64,000 bases of DNA, from the NCBI GenBank assembly GCA_964562015.1, contig CAZLRH010000002.1, positions 24,021-88,020 on the forward strand, in the 5' to 3' direction. Under the pieces are notes generated by a model. The model was given only the letters and a program-made list of their open reading frames with translations. It did not search any database and was not told where the DNA came from. Made by a program: the position numbers and the translations under genes. Positions 39,622 to 49,864 of the stretch are shown here, in pieces; position 1 is the first letter of the stretch; each line of letters starts with the position of its first letter. The DNA comes from an uncultured Opitutales bacterium (GTDB lineage Bacteria; Verrucomicrobiota; Verrucomicrobiia; Opitutales; JABDGR01).

Positions 39622-40224
39622 GTGAAATCTGTGGATTCCCCCTTTAAAATCGTTCTGCTCGGTTCTGGTCGCGGCTCCAATGCCGAAGCGGTGCTCGTGG
39701 CCGAACGCGCCGGAAAGTTGGGCCGCGCCAAGGTCGTGGGTATTCTCTGCGATCAGCCCGGCGCGCGCATCCTCGAACTCGGCCCGCGTTTTGGCGTGCC
39801 CGCGCTCTATCTCGATCCCGCACCGTTTAAGACGAAACTCGAGGGCGATGCCGAACAACACTACCTGGCACAAATTCGCGCCTGGCAAGCCGACCTCGTC
39901 GTGCTCGCCGGCTTCATGCGCGTCATCAAGAGGGCGTTTCTCGAGGCCTTCGCCGGGCGCATCATCAATCTGCACCCCAGTCTACTGCCCGCTTTTCCCG
40001 GGCTCGAATCGATCAAGCAAGCCTTCGATGCGCGCGTGCCCGTCACCGGCTGCACGGTGCATTACGTCAATGCGCAGGTGGATGCCGGCAACATTATCCG
40101 GCAAGCCACGGTCCCCATTCTCCCCGGCGATACGCTCGATGCCCTGGAAACGCGCGTCCACGCCGCGGAACACCAGTTGCTGCCGGCGGTGGTTGCGGAA
40201 TTGAGTAATGGAAAGTTGAAGTGA
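39622..40224 (+). CDS. purN: phosphoribosylglycinamide formyltransferase
   Basis: KIVLLGSGRGSNAEAVL, LVVLAGFMRVI, INLHPSLLPAFPG, HYVNAQVDAGNII are PurN blocks. GTG start. Confidence 0.9.
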   Translation: MKSVDSPFKIVLLGSGRGSNAEAVLVAERAGKLGRAKVVGILCDQPGARILELGPRFGVPALYLDPAPFKTKLEGDAEQHYLAQIRAWQADLVVLAGFMRVIKRAFLEAFAGRIINLHPSLLPAFPGLESIKQAFDARVPVTGCTVHYVNAQVDAGNIIRQATVPILPGDTLDALETRVHAAEHQLLPAVVAELSNGKLK

Positions 40225-40225
40225 C

Positions 40226-40747
40226 TTATCGTTTTGGCGCTGTCCATAAAATCACATCCGGACTCTCTGCGGCGGAGGCCAGCCGGGCGCGGGCCTCGGC
40301 CCAAATCGGGCGCTGAAAACGCCGCGACCGTTCGATCAATTCCCGCAGAGGCACGGTGACAAAGGCGCGATCCCACATGCGCGGGTGCGGCAGGATCAAC
40401 TCTGGACCATTGCTAGTCACGCCTTCGTATAACAGCAAATCAAGATCCAGTGTGCGCGGGCCCCAGCGGATTTCCTCTGCGCGCCGACGGCCTGCCGCGC
40501 GTTCGAGTTGATGCAGCACCGGCAAAAGCTCGGCCGGCTCCAGCGTTGTTTCCAGTCCCGCCACCAAGTTGAGAAACAACGGCTGCTCCGTGAGGCCCAC
40601 GGGAGCGGTTTCATAAATCGCCGAGGGTTCGACTAAGGTTATTCCGGGAGTCTTCCGCAAAGCGTCCAGTGCGGCGCGCAGCGTGGCCCCGCGGTCGCCG
40701 AGATTGGCGCCGAGGCCCACAAAGGCTTGTCGCGCGGCGGCGGGCAT
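40226..40747 (-). CDS. folK: 2-amino-4-hydroxy-6-hydroxymethyldihydropteridine diphosphokinase (HPPK)
   Basis: AFVGLGANLGDR, EPSAIYETAPVG, RWGPRTLDLDLLLY, PHPRMWDRAFV. Confidence 0.9.
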   Translation of the reverse strand: MPAAARQAFVGLGANLGDRGATLRAALDALRKTPGITLVEPSAIYETAPVGLTEQPLFLNLVAGLETTLEPAELLPVLHQLERAAGRRRAEEIRWGPRTLDLDLLLYEGVTSNGPELILPHPRMWDRAFVTVPLRELIERSRRFQRPIWAEARARLASAAESPDVILWTAPKR

Positions 40748-40750
40748 GGC

Positions 40751-41125
40751 TCAGGCGCCGACGCGCGTGCGCCGAATCTTTGCGCTGAAGCCGGCGAAGG
40801 CAAATTCCACCGGCGGCGCGGGCTTCGTGACTTCCACCTCGACCGCCTGCACCGTCGAAAAGGCCTGGAGCAATTCGGCCGCGATGGCTTCGGCCAGCGA
40901 CTCAGCCAATTGCCGCGACGGGCCCTCCATGACAGCCCGCACGGTTTCAAAAATGGCCCGGTAATCAATCGCCCGCGCGAGGTCGTCCGCGCGGCCAGCC
41001 TCAGCCAGCGGCACTTCCAGCCGCACCGTGACTTCAAAAACCTGGCCGTGAGTTTTTTCCTGCGGAAAAACCCCGTGCCGGGCGAAAAAGCGCAGGCGCG
41101 TGAGCGTGAGAGAATCGGAGGTCAT
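40751..41125 (-). CDS. folB: dihydroneopterin aldolase
   Basis: LRFFARHGVFPQEKTHGQVFEVTVRLEVPL, ...DYRAIFETV. Start MTSDSL overlaps the folP stop (ATGA). Confidence 0.85.
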   Translation of the reverse strand: MTSDSLTLTRLRFFARHGVFPQEKTHGQVFEVTVRLEVPLAEAGRADDLARAIDYRAIFETVRAVMEGPSRQLAESLAEAIAAELLQAFSTVQAVEVEVTKPAPPVEFAFAGFSAKIRRTRVGA

Positions 41126-42048
41126 GGTGTCCAGGCGAGACCGGCGCGGAGCGCGTCGGCCATTTTGACAAAACGGCGCATCGGCGCGACATCGTGCACG
41201 CGCACCATCTGGCAGCCTTGCTGAATGCCCCAAACGAGGGTCGCCCCGGTGGCATCCAGACGGTCCTCCACCGGGGCATCGAGCACGCGGCCGAGCGTGG
41301 ACTTGCGCGACGTGCCGAGCAAGACCGGAAAACCCAGTTCCACCACGCGCGCAAGGTGCCTGAGTACTTCAAGATTTTGCGCCGGTTCCTTGGCAAAACC
41401 AAAACCCGGATCCAGCCACAACTGGTGGTGAGCGATGCCCGCGGAGCGCGCGACCAAAACACTCAGGCGCAAATCATCGAGCACCTCGGGCCAGAAATCC
41501 TTATAATCCCGATCGGGCCGGTTGTGCATAAGAATAAGCGGGCAGCCGAGGTCCGCCACCACCGCCGCCAGAGGAGATTCATCCACGGCCAGTTGGGTGG
41601 AGGCCGTGGGATGATGCAACGACGCAATCAATTCGCGCCGCCGGGCTGCGCTGAAGCCGTGCAGGCCGCCCCACACGTCGTTCACCACGTCGGCTCCCGC
41701 GGCCACGGCAGCCCGGGCGACCTCCGCTTTGTAGGTATCAATGGATAGCGGCGCGGAGGAAAAAGCCTCACGCACCGCCTTAATTGCCGGCAACACGCGC
41801 TCCATTTCCTCGGCGGCGGAAATCGGCGCGGCCTCGGGGCGCGTGGATTCACCACCGAGATCGAGGATATCGGCCCCTGCCACGAGCATGGCGCCTGCCC
41901 GGTCCACAACCGCCTGCAACGAGGGCAATTCCCCGCCGTCGGAAAAAGAATCCGGCGTGAGGTTGAGGACCCCCATCAACAAAGTGCGCCCGCCCGGCGT
42001 CGGCAAGGCGCGGCCATGCGGACTCTGCCAGTACGAGGGAGAAGTCAT
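41122..42048 (-). CDS. folP: dihydropteroate synthase
   Basis: MGVLNLTPDSFSDGG, DILDLGGESTRP, VVNDVWGG, and a pterin-binding TIM barrel throughout. The true start could instead be the internal MGVLN. Confidence 0.9.
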   Translation of the reverse strand: MTSPSYWQSPHGRALPTPGGRTLLMGVLNLTPDSFSDGGELPSLQAVVDRAGAMLVAGADILDLGGESTRPEAAPISAAEEMERVLPAIKAVREAFSSAPLSIDTYKAEVARAAVAAGADVVNDVWGGLHGFSAARRRELIASLHHPTASTQLAVDESPLAAVVADLGCPLILMHNRPDRDYKDFWPEVLDDLRLSVLVARSAGIAHHQLWLDPGFGFAKEPAQNLEVLRHLARVVELGFPVLLGTSRKSTLGRVLDAPVEDRLDATGATLVWGIQQGCQMVRVHDVAPMRRFVKMADALRAGLAWTP

Positions 42049-42122
42049 GCGGAAAAACCGTCGCTATGATTCGCAAACTCCGGCGCACTGGCAAGCTTCA
42101 CTCGCGCTGCCTACGCGCTCGC

Positions 42123-44006
42123 TCATGCCGTGGCCTCGGTCGGCGTCGGGGCTGGCGGCGTCTCAGCCGCGGCTTTGGCCGCCGTTTCCTGGCGCAGGCG
42201 CCGGTAATCGTCGAGCTTGCGTTTGCGCAAGTCGTCCGCCTGGGATTTGACTTCAGCCTCGATGGCGAATTCCTCGCGCACGACTTCCATGTCCTCGATG
42301 TCGGGCGGCACGGTGCCGATGGCTTCCTCGAGGGTGGAAAAACCCGCGCGCACTTTTTTCATGCTGTCCTGGTGCAGGGTGGACATGCCGTTCATCATCG
42401 CGATGCGCTTGATCATGGCCGTCTCGGCCTCCTTGTTGATGGCTTCGACGAGGGCTTCGCTCGTGCCCATCAATTCATGGATGCCCACGCGGCCCTTGTA
42501 GCCGGTGCGGTTGCAGGCCGGGCAGCCCTCCGGGTTCGCGCGGAAAATCTGGCCGCGCCATTGAATCGCCTTGAGCAGAATCTCCGCTTCGCGGCCCACC
42601 GGTTCGAAAGGCTGCTTGCAGGCCTTGCACACGCGCCGCATGAGGCGCTGCGCGCACACACACACAAGGGAGGCCGATACCATGAACGGCTCGACTTCCA
42701 TCTCCGTGAGGCGCGCGACCGTCGAAGGCGCATCATTGGTGTGCAGGGTGGAAAAAAGCATGTGGCCGGTGAGCGCAGCCTCGACCGCGATGCCCGCAGT
42801 TTCCTTGTCGCGAATTTCGCCGACGAGGATGATGTCCGGATCCTGGCGCAAAAAAGCGCGCAGCGCGGTCGCAAAAGTCAGGCCGATCTTGCGGTGCATC
42901 TGCATCTGGCACAGGCCCGGGAGCGTGTATTCAATTGGGTCCTCGGCGGTGCGGATGACCAGGTCCGGCGAATTGATTTCATTCAACGCCGAATAAAGCG
43001 TCATGGACTTGCCGGAGCCGGTCGGGCCGCAGTGCAGCAACATGCCGAACGGCCGCTGGAGCAATTCGCGATAAAGCATCAAATTCTCGGGCTCAAACCC
43101 CAGCGCGGGCAGCGGCAAGGTGGATTTCTGCTTGTCCAGAATACGCATGACGACGCCTTCGCCGTGATTCAACGGGGCCGTGGAGATGCGCAGATCGATG
43201 TCGAGATTCTTGCGCGTGTGCTGCTTGAAAACAATACGGCCGTCCTGCGGCAGGCGCTTTTCCGCAATGTCGAGATTCGCCATGACTTTCAGGCGGGCAA
43301 TGAGCGCGCCGGAGACCTTGGCCGGAATCGTCAACTTTTCCTGGCAATTGCCATCGATGCGGACCCGCACCCGGGTGGATTTCTCGAACGGCTCGATGTG
43401 AATGTCGCTGCCGCCCGAGTAATAGGCGTCCTCGATGATGCGGTTGGCCAGTTGGATGATGGGCGCGGAATCCTCGCTCTCCATGCCATTCTCGATGTCT
43501 TCCTCCGTGGTGGCCTCGTCCATGCCGAGCGCCTCAACGACATCGCCAAAGCCCTCGGAATGGGTCGGCTCCTTTTTCTCGTCCAACAATTCCGCCAGCT
43601 CGGATTCCACCGCAAGCAGGAGGGCCACTTTCTGGCGGGTGAGTTCCTGAATCTTGTGGGTGACCTGGAGATTGAACGGGTTGGCCAGCGCCACGATGAG
43701 AAAGCTGCCGGCCTGACCCACGGGCAGCACTTTATTTTCGCAGCAGAAATCACGATCCAGTTTTTGGAAAGTCAATTCGTCCACCTGGAAATTGCGCGCA
43801 AAAAACGGGCTGAGGCCGAAGGCGCGGCTGCGGGCGATGTGCAGGGCGGGATCCGATATCTTGTACTCCGTCTGCAAAAGTTTGCCGAGCCCCTCGCCGG
43901 ACATGTCGGCCGAGGAATTGATCAAGGCGGTGGCCTGCTCCTCCGTCAATTTGCGGAGGGACTTCAAGTGGTTGACGATGGAGGCTTGGATGCGCGCAAG
44001 TGCCAT
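42123..44006 (-). CDS. GspE/PilB-family secretion ATPase (type II secretion / type IV pilus assembly ATPase-like) with charged C-terminal extension
   Basis: GSPII_E N-domain. Walker [13 protein letters not shown]. Asp box. Walker [13 protein letters not shown]. His box [12 protein letters not shown]. Tetracysteine CKACKQ...[12 protein letters not shown]. An extra acidic/Lys-rich tail of about 60 aa (...[25 protein letters not shown]...PTEATA). Confidence 0.85.
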   Translation of the reverse strand: MALARIQASIVNHLKSLRKLTEEQATALINSSADMSGEGLGKLLQTEYKISDPALHIARSRAFGLSPFFARNFQVDELTFQKLDRDFCCENKVLPVGQAGSFLIVALANPFNLQVTHKIQELTRQKVALLLAVESELAELLDEKKEPTHSEGFGDVVEALGMDEATTEEDIENGMESEDSAPIIQLANRIIEDAYYSGGSDIHIEPFEKSTRVRVRIDGNCQEKLTIPAKVSGALIARLKVMANLDIAEKRLPQDGRIVFKQHTRKNLDIDLRISTAPLNHGEGVVMRILDKQKSTLPLPALGFEPENLMLYRELLQRPFGMLLHCGPTGSGKSMTLYSALNEINSPDLVIRTAEDPIEYTLPGLCQMQMHRKIGLTFATALRAFLRQDPDIILVGEIRDKETAGIAVEAALTGHMLFSTLHTNDAPSTVARLTEMEVEPFMVSASLVCVCAQRLMRRVCKACKQPFEPVGREAEILLKAIQWRGQIFRANPEGCPACNRTGYKGRVGIHELMGTSEALVEAINKEAETAMIKRIAMMNGMSTLHQDSMKKVRAGFSTLEEAIGTVPPDIEDMEVVREEFAIEAEVKSQADDLRKRKLDDYRRLRQETAAKAAAETPPAPTPTEATA

Positions 44007-44181
44007 GGGAGACGGCGGAAACCCAGCCCGCCCGAACCCCCAGCATAGCGGGAGAACGGCAAAAAGATAGAGCAGAACTTCGGGTCGACCGCGCTTTGAC
44101 AGATTTTTTATGGCGCGACTAAACTAATCTAAACAACGCTAGAAAAACCTGCCCCCACGACCGGCCGGAAGGGTGGCGGCC

Positions 44182-45516
44182 TCAGGCGCCCGGAATCAAT
44201 TCGGGATAAATCAGCGAAAGGTCGTCGAGGTTGCCGATGCTGCCGAGCAAGGCGGGATCGATTTTGAAATTCTTCAGGAGGGCCACCGGCTCGACACCGG
44301 CCCGGCGCGCGGATTCGGCGATAAATTCCCGTTGCTTGGCAATCAAATAAGATTCCATCCTATCCGGCACCACGCTTTCGTCGGTCGCGAGGAGTTTGGC
44401 GGCGTCGGCGCCGGCCAGCGGCGGCACATGCTCGGTGGCGACCACGCGGCGCGCGACGTCCACCACCTCCAGATAGTTACCGGGCCAGGCGTAACCGAGG
44501 AGCGTCGAAACGGCCTCGGGCGACAATTGCGCGCGCTCGGCGTCGCCTTCGCGGCGGGAAAACAAGTCCAGGTGCAGCTTGAGGTAGGTGGCCAGGTCCG
44601 CCAGGCGCTCGCGCAACGGCGGCAGGACGATGAGGTGGTTCTTCACCACGTCGAACATCTCCGGGCTGCTTTCCGGAAGCATCTGCGGGTAGCGCGTGAT
44701 ATCGAGGAAGAAAACCCAGGAAACCTCGCGGCCGTTGGGCAGGAATTTCGGGTCCGCCGCGAGCAGCTTTTGCACGAGCTCGATTTGGCCGCGCGTGGCC
44801 TCGCCAAAATCCGTGATGGCCACGAGCTTGCTCACCGCGGTCTGGCCCGGCAGTTCGCGAATGGCCTGCAAGACTTCCAGCGATTCAATCTGCGCGATGG
44901 AAAATTGATGAATGGGCAGCCCCGCAAAGCCGTACCAGCCGGACAGTTCGCAAGTGATCAACTCGATTTCTGCGCCGGGCGGCAGGCCCACAAATTGATA
45001 ATTACCCGAACGCGAGGCGTCCCACAATTGCTGGGCAAAATGCTGCGAGCCCTCGGTCGCGTCGGCCAAATGCACCAATTCGGGATAAGTCCGAACCCAG
45101 GCATCTGACGTGCCCTCGGGCTTGGGCTGGGCCGCGGCGCGCTCCTCTTCGGACATGGGCTGCACGAACCGGCGCACGTGGTTGAGGAACGCTTTAATAT
45201 CGAGGGGCTTTTCCAGGACAAGCGTCACATCCATGTTGGCCACTTTGACCAGCTCGGGGGTGTTCATCAGCCCGGACACCATGATGATTGGAAGATTCGG
45301 CAAACGGGCGCGGGCGCGCTCCATGAAATCCGCGCCGTCCATCACCGGCATTTTGTAGTCGGCGATGACGAGATCGAATTCCTCGGCATCGAGCGCCTTC
45401 AAGGCATCGTGGGGCCGGGTCACCATTTCTGTGCGGAAGCCCTCCTGCACGAGCAAGTCGCGCAGCATTTCCGCATAGTTTTCCTCGTCGTCGAGGACTA
45501 GAATTTTACCAGACAT
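44182..45516 (-). CDS. response regulator: receiver domain + degenerate sigma54-activator-like AAA+ domain (predicted ATPase-dead)
   Basis: REC: ILVLDDEENYAEML...DLVIADYKMPVMDG...IIMVSG. Central domain aligns to NtrC-type AAA+ but Walker A is GLPPGAEIE (not GESGTGKE). Walker B is FFLDI (not FLDE). GAFTGA is WYGFAGL. LPPLRERLADL and YAWPGNYLEVVDVARRVV are retained. Confidence 0.65.
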   Translation of the reverse strand: MSGKILVLDDEENYAEMLRDLLVQEGFRTEMVTRPHDALKALDAEEFDLVIADYKMPVMDGADFMERARARLPNLPIIMVSGLMNTPELVKVANMDVTLVLEKPLDIKAFLNHVRRFVQPMSEEERAAAQPKPEGTSDAWVRTYPELVHLADATEGSQHFAQQLWDASRSGNYQFVGLPPGAEIELITCELSGWYGFAGLPIHQFSIAQIESLEVLQAIRELPGQTAVSKLVAITDFGEATRGQIELVQKLLAADPKFLPNGREVSWVFFLDITRYPQMLPESSPEMFDVVKNHLIVLPPLRERLADLATYLKLHLDLFSRREGDAERAQLSPEAVSTLLGYAWPGNYLEVVDVARRVVATEHVPPLAGADAAKLLATDESVVPDRMESYLIAKQREFIAESARRAGVEPVALLKNFKIDPALLGSIGNLDDLSLIYPELIPGA

Positions 45517-45729
45517 GAGTTTAAAAGGCCTCAGCAGCCCTAATTGCTTACACTAAAGCCACCCCCTTTAGCAACTCTCCGCTCGGAAAATCTTTTGCGG
45601 CCCGCCTCGTCTCCGGGGTGAAAATTGCCGAGTGCCCTGGGAAAGCCCCCAGTTTAAACGCGTGTTTGACTACCTGACTGCCTATCCGCTTGCGTGGCAG
45701 GGCCACTTGGAGGATGATGCGGCCCACTG

Positions 45730-47076
45730 ATGTTAGGGACTTTCCTGACCCGAATTATTCCAACGGCTGGAGTTTTTTGCCTGCTCGCGCCGGGAGCCGG
45801 CCACGCGGATGAAACGCCGGCACCCCCTTCCTCTGTCTCCGCGACTCGACCTGCGGATTGGGGGCGGCTTGACCCCTGGAAAAAAACGCTGACGGCCGAA
45901 GAGTGGCGCGAGGCGTTGAACCAGCGCTATGCACCTCATGACACCGCCGATGGGTTGATCGATGTGGGTGGTGACGCGCTTTACACCCGCCTCCAAACCA
46001 ACGACTCAATCCACTATTACGCGTTGGTCCTTCGCGACCCGGCGCAGCCGCGCCCCACCGCCCCGCCGGGCGCGCGCTACTGGCGCACGCGGGCCGAGCT
46101 TCCGCCGATTTCAGACGGCCTGCCGCTGGCGGGTTTGCGGATCGCGCTCGATCCCGGCCATTTGGGCGGCCCTTGGGCGGACATGGAAGAGCGTTCGTTT
46201 TCCGTAAAAGGCGAACCCCCGGTCCACGAAGGCGATTTGACACTGCAGGTCGCCCTGTTGCTCAAACCCCGCCTCGAAGCGCTGGGCGCGACAGTGCTGC
46301 TGGTGCGGGACCGCACGGAACCCGTTACCACCGACACGCCCGCCTCGCTCCGGCCCACTGCGACGACCGCGTATCTCGCGCGGTTTACGCCCGACCACCC
46401 CGCCCCGCCGCCCGGCGACGCCGCCCGCGAACACGACATTACCAAATTGGCGGAATTGCTGTTTTACCGCACCAGCGAAATTCTGGCCCGTGCGCGGCGC
46501 GTGAATGACACGCTTCATCCCGACCTCGTGGTATGCCTTCACTTTAACGGCACGGATTTGCCCGATCCGCAGAATCCCACGCTCGTGCCACAGCAGCATT
46601 TTCACGTCATGGTCAACGGCGCGTATGCGCGCACGGAATTGGAAAACGACGACGAGCGCCTCGAGATGCTCGAACGCATCGCCGACGGCGCGGGCGAGGA
46701 AGAACTGGCGGCGGCACGGGAGATGACCGAAGCGGCGGTGCCAATTTTCGACCTGCCTCCCTTCACTTACAATGGCACGAACGCGGTGGCGCTCGGGGCC
46801 CACGGCTACCTATGGGGCCGCAACCTGCTGGCCAATCGTCTCTATCGCTGTCCGGTGGTTTATTTCGAGCCCTACGTGATGAACAGCGCTGAAGGTTATG
46901 CGCGCATTCAGGCCGGTGACTATGCCGGCACCCGCGAGTTCAACGGACACGAGCGGCAGAACATCTTTGCCGAATACGTGGAAGCCGTGACCGCGGGACT
47001 GGTGAATTATTATGGCGGCCGGCCGGTGGCGCCGACCGAACCGGTGCAAAATATTCCCAACGCACGCCCGCGGTAG
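45730..47076 (+). CDS. N-acetylmuramoyl-L-alanine amidase (Amidase_3 family), secreted
   Basis: Signal peptide. RIALDPGHLGG...EGDLTLQVALLLKPRLEALGATVLLVRDRTEP matches the Amidase_3 pattern (DpGHGG...E...l.la..l...L...G..V.ltR). Pro-rich N-terminal region. Confidence 0.65.
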   Translation: MLGTFLTRIIPTAGVFCLLAPGAGHADETPAPPSSVSATRPADWGRLDPWKKTLTAEEWREALNQRYAPHDTADGLIDVGGDALYTRLQTNDSIHYYALVLRDPAQPRPTAPPGARYWRTRAELPPISDGLPLAGLRIALDPGHLGGPWADMEERSFSVKGEPPVHEGDLTLQVALLLKPRLEALGATVLLVRDRTEPVTTDTPASLRPTATTAYLARFTPDHPAPPPGDAAREHDITKLAELLFYRTSEILARARRVNDTLHPDLVVCLHFNGTDLPDPQNPTLVPQQHFHVMVNGAYARTELENDDERLEMLERIADGAGEEELAAAREMTEAAVPIFDLPPFTYNGTNAVALGAHGYLWGRNLLANRLYRCPVVYFEPYVMNSAEGYARIQAGDYAGTREFNGHERQNIFAEYVEAVTAGLVNYYGGRPVAPTEPVQNIPNARPR

Positions 47077-47213
47077 GCCGGAAGCTCGGCCCGCCGGAGT
47101 CCGTTTCCCATAATAACAAAGCGCCCACGGAGGGCCTGCTCCACCAAGCCGCGCCGTTTGCGCCCGCATCGCCGCTTGACTCACGGGTGCAAATTCGGTT
47201 ACCCCATTGCATC

Positions 47214-47657
47214 ATGTTTACACTTTCGCGGTCACGTCTGGCGGGCTCCTTTTTAATGGCGGCGGTCTTGGCCGCCGGCTGCGCCACCCAGGTGGCGGTC
47301 GGCCCGGCCAACAACCAGGTGGCCACTTACCATTGGGGCACGCTCACGGGCCTGATGCAGGGCGACCCCGATTCACTGTTTCGCGCGACCAACCACGCGC
47401 TCGACGATCTGAAATATTTTCGCGTCTACCAGGAAGTCAGCAAGGACAAGAAGGACATTCTCGTCGTCGCGCGCGGAGTGCTCGACCAGAAAGTGACCGT
47501 GCACATCACACCCGCCAAGGACGAGGGCATGAACACCGTGGCCATCTCCGTCGGCGATGGCGACCTGCCCAAATCGCAGGCCCTGTTCTCCGCCATTGAG
47601 CGCAATATCGGCGGCGGCGGCTCCAGTTCCGGCCTGAATTCACCGTCGCGGCCGTAA
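47214..47657 (+). CDS. DUF3568-like lipoprotein (hypothetical)
   Basis: Lipobox AAVLAAGC. Small (147 aa) conserved-looking periplasmic protein ending in a GGGGSSSGL tail. Confidence 0.45.
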   Translation: MFTLSRSRLAGSFLMAAVLAAGCATQVAVGPANNQVATYHWGTLTGLMQGDPDSLFRATNHALDDLKYFRVYQEVSKDKKDILVVARGVLDQKVTVHITPAKDEGMNTVAISVGDGDLPKSQALFSAIERNIGGGGSSSGLNSPSRP

Positions 47658-47699
47658 CTGATTTAAGCGCGAACTTTCGCGCTGTTTTATAAAAGAGCG

Positions 47700-48803
47700 C
47701 TAGGACCGGGTCACACACCGTCCCAGTGATTCGAGGCAGCGGGCATTTTGGGCGGTGGTGCCGACCGTCACGCGCACATGCGCGGGCAATCCGTAGCCCG
47801 CCAGCGGGCGAACGATCACCCCCTGCGCCTGCATTTCGCGGAAAACCCGCGTGCCGTCGCCGACGCGCACCATGATAAAATTCCCCGCGCTGGGGGTATG
47901 GGCGAGACCAAGCGCGGTAAAGCCGGCGGCCAATTGCTGGAGGCCCGCATTATTAATCGCCAGGGTGCGCGCCAGGTGCTGCACGTCGTCGAGCGCGGCG
48001 AGCGCGGCGGCCTGAGCGATGGAATTTACGTTAAAAGGCTGGCGGGCGCGGTTCAGCAAATCCATCAGCACCCGCGGGCCGTAGCCGTAGCCGACGCGCA
48101 GACCCGCCAGGCCGTAAATTTTGGAGAAAGTGCGGCAGGCCAGGATTTTACGCCCTTCGGCGAGGAGGGGCCGCACATCGGGCACCTCGGCGGTCGGGAG
48201 AAAATCGGCGTAAGCCTCGTCGAGGCAGAGGATGACGTGCTCCGGCAGCGCGCGGGCAAAGTCCAATACGTCGGCGGCGGAATTGGCCGGGCCGGTGGGA
48301 TTGTTCGGCGTCGGCAGGTAAACGATTTTGGTGCGCGGGGTGACAGCCGCGAGCATGGCGTCGAGGTCGTGCGCGTAACCGGGCATTTCCACTTCGACGG
48401 GTTGGCCGCCGTTGAAGAGCGTCACGTATTTGAAAACGATAAAGGCGTGCCGGCCCATCACGACCTCGTCGCCCGGCGAAATGAAAGCCTCCGCCAGCAA
48501 CTGCATGATCTCGTTCGAGCCGTTGCCGGGCAAAATCTGCGCGGGGTCGAGCCCCAGGCGGGTGCCCAACTTCGCGCGCAAGGCGATGGTGCCGCCGTCG
48601 GGATACAAATGAATTTCCTCCAGGGCGCGCTTGGCCGCCGCGAGGCCCAGCGGCGAGGGGCCCAGCGGATTTTCATTCGACGCCAGCTTGATGACCTCCG
48701 CCGGGTCGAGCCCGTGCTCACGCGCCACGTCGGCGATGGGCCGGCCGGGTTCATAAACGGGTTGCGTGAGTACACCGGGCTTGACGAGTTTTTCAAAGCT
48801 CAT
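47700..48803 (-). CDS. hisC: histidinol-phosphate aminotransferase
   Basis: IKLASNENPLGPSP, class-II aminotransferase PLP-lysine region (..YSKIYGLAGLRVGY), 367 aa. Confidence 0.9.
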   Translation of the reverse strand: MSFEKLVKPGVLTQPVYEPGRPIADVAREHGLDPAEVIKLASNENPLGPSPLGLAAAKRALEEIHLYPDGGTIALRAKLGTRLGLDPAQILPGNGSNEIMQLLAEAFISPGDEVVMGRHAFIVFKYVTLFNGGQPVEVEMPGYAHDLDAMLAAVTPRTKIVYLPTPNNPTGPANSAADVLDFARALPEHVILCLDEAYADFLPTAEVPDVRPLLAEGRKILACRTFSKIYGLAGLRVGYGYGPRVLMDLLNRARQPFNVNSIAQAAALAALDDVQHLARTLAINNAGLQQLAAGFTALGLAHTPSAGNFIMVRVGDGTRVFREMQAQGVIVRPLAGYGLPAHVRVTVGTTAQNARCLESLGRCVTRS

Positions 48804-48874
48804 GGAAAACCGGTCATAGTAAACAGAATTTGGGGGTTGGAAAATGGAAAATGAAGGCGTTATTGCTGTTACTG

Positions 48875-49864
48875 ATGAAAGTCCTTCTGACGGGTGCCTC
48901 GGGATTGGTGGGCCATGCGGCCATGCATTCTGCGCTCGCGCGCGGGCACGAGGTGTTCGCGCTCGGGCACGGGCGCATGCCGCCGCTGCCGGTCGAGGCT
49001 GTGGCCCAGGGCCGCGCCCGGGCCTTGCAGGTCGACCTCACCAACGAGCACGCCATCGAGCGGCTGATTTTTGATTACTACCCCGACGCCATCATCAACG
49101 CCGCGGCCCTTTCCAACAACGCTACCGTGGAGGCCGCGCCGGCGCTGGGGGAAAAACTCAATATTGCCCTGCCGCGCCGGCTCGCGCAACTGTCCCATCA
49201 TTTGAGCGCGCGGTTTCTGCATCTTTCCACCGACGCGGTGTTCGACGGCGAGGGCGGCCCGTACCGCTCGACCGACATGCCCGCCCCGCGCACGCTCTAC
49301 GGCCAGCAGAAACTGGAGGCAGAAAAGGAGGTGCTCCGCGTGGGCGGGGGCAATCTGGTCGTGCTGCGCATCACCATCGTAAACGGCAACAGCCCCTCGG
49401 GCCGCCGAAGCATTCACGAAAAACTTTTCCACGCCTGGGCCAAGGGCGAGGTCACGCCGTTGCACACGGACGAATTGCGCCAGCCGGTGTCGGCGGACAA
49501 CGTCGGGGATGTGCTCACGGAATTGCTCGAACGTCCGAATTTGCACGGCCTGTTTCACTGGGCCGGCCCGGATTCGCTCACGCGTTTCGAAATCGGCCAG
49601 CAGATACTGAAACACTTCCACCTGCCGGAGAATTTTATCCGCCCCATCCGGCGCGCCGACCTGCCCAGCGGCGAGAAACACCCGCGCGCCCTGGAGTTCA
49701 TCCTGCCGCCGTTGCTCGGCAAGGTCGCGGCCAAGCCCACGCCGTTTGCCCAGCAAGTGGAAGAACTACAAGTGCCCGCCGAGCTGCAGGAATGGTATCG
49801 GAAGACACGGCTCTCCGGCGGGGAGGCGCCCGCGCGGCGGCTCGTACAGGGGCGCGATTTCTGA
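48875..49864 (+). CDS. NAD(P)-dependent sugar-nucleotide reductase (RmlD/dTDP-4-dehydrorhamnose reductase-like)
   Basis: MKVLLTGASGLVGHA, HLSTDAVFDG, YGQQKLEAEK (YxxxK). In-frame upstream ATGs at 48830/48851 are also possible. Confidence 0.75.
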   Translation: MKVLLTGASGLVGHAAMHSALARGHEVFALGHGRMPPLPVEAVAQGRARALQVDLTNEHAIERLIFDYYPDAIINAAALSNNATVEAAPALGEKLNIALPRRLAQLSHHLSARFLHLSTDAVFDGEGGPYRSTDMPAPRTLYGQQKLEAEKEVLRVGGGNLVVLRITIVNGNSPSGRRSIHEKLFHAWAKGEVTPLHTDELRQPVSADNVGDVLTELLERPNLHGLFHWAGPDSLTRFEIGQQILKHFHLPENFIRPIRRADLPSGEKHPRALEFILPPLLGKVAAKPTPFAQQVEELQVPAELQEWYRKTRLSGGEAPARRLVQGRDF

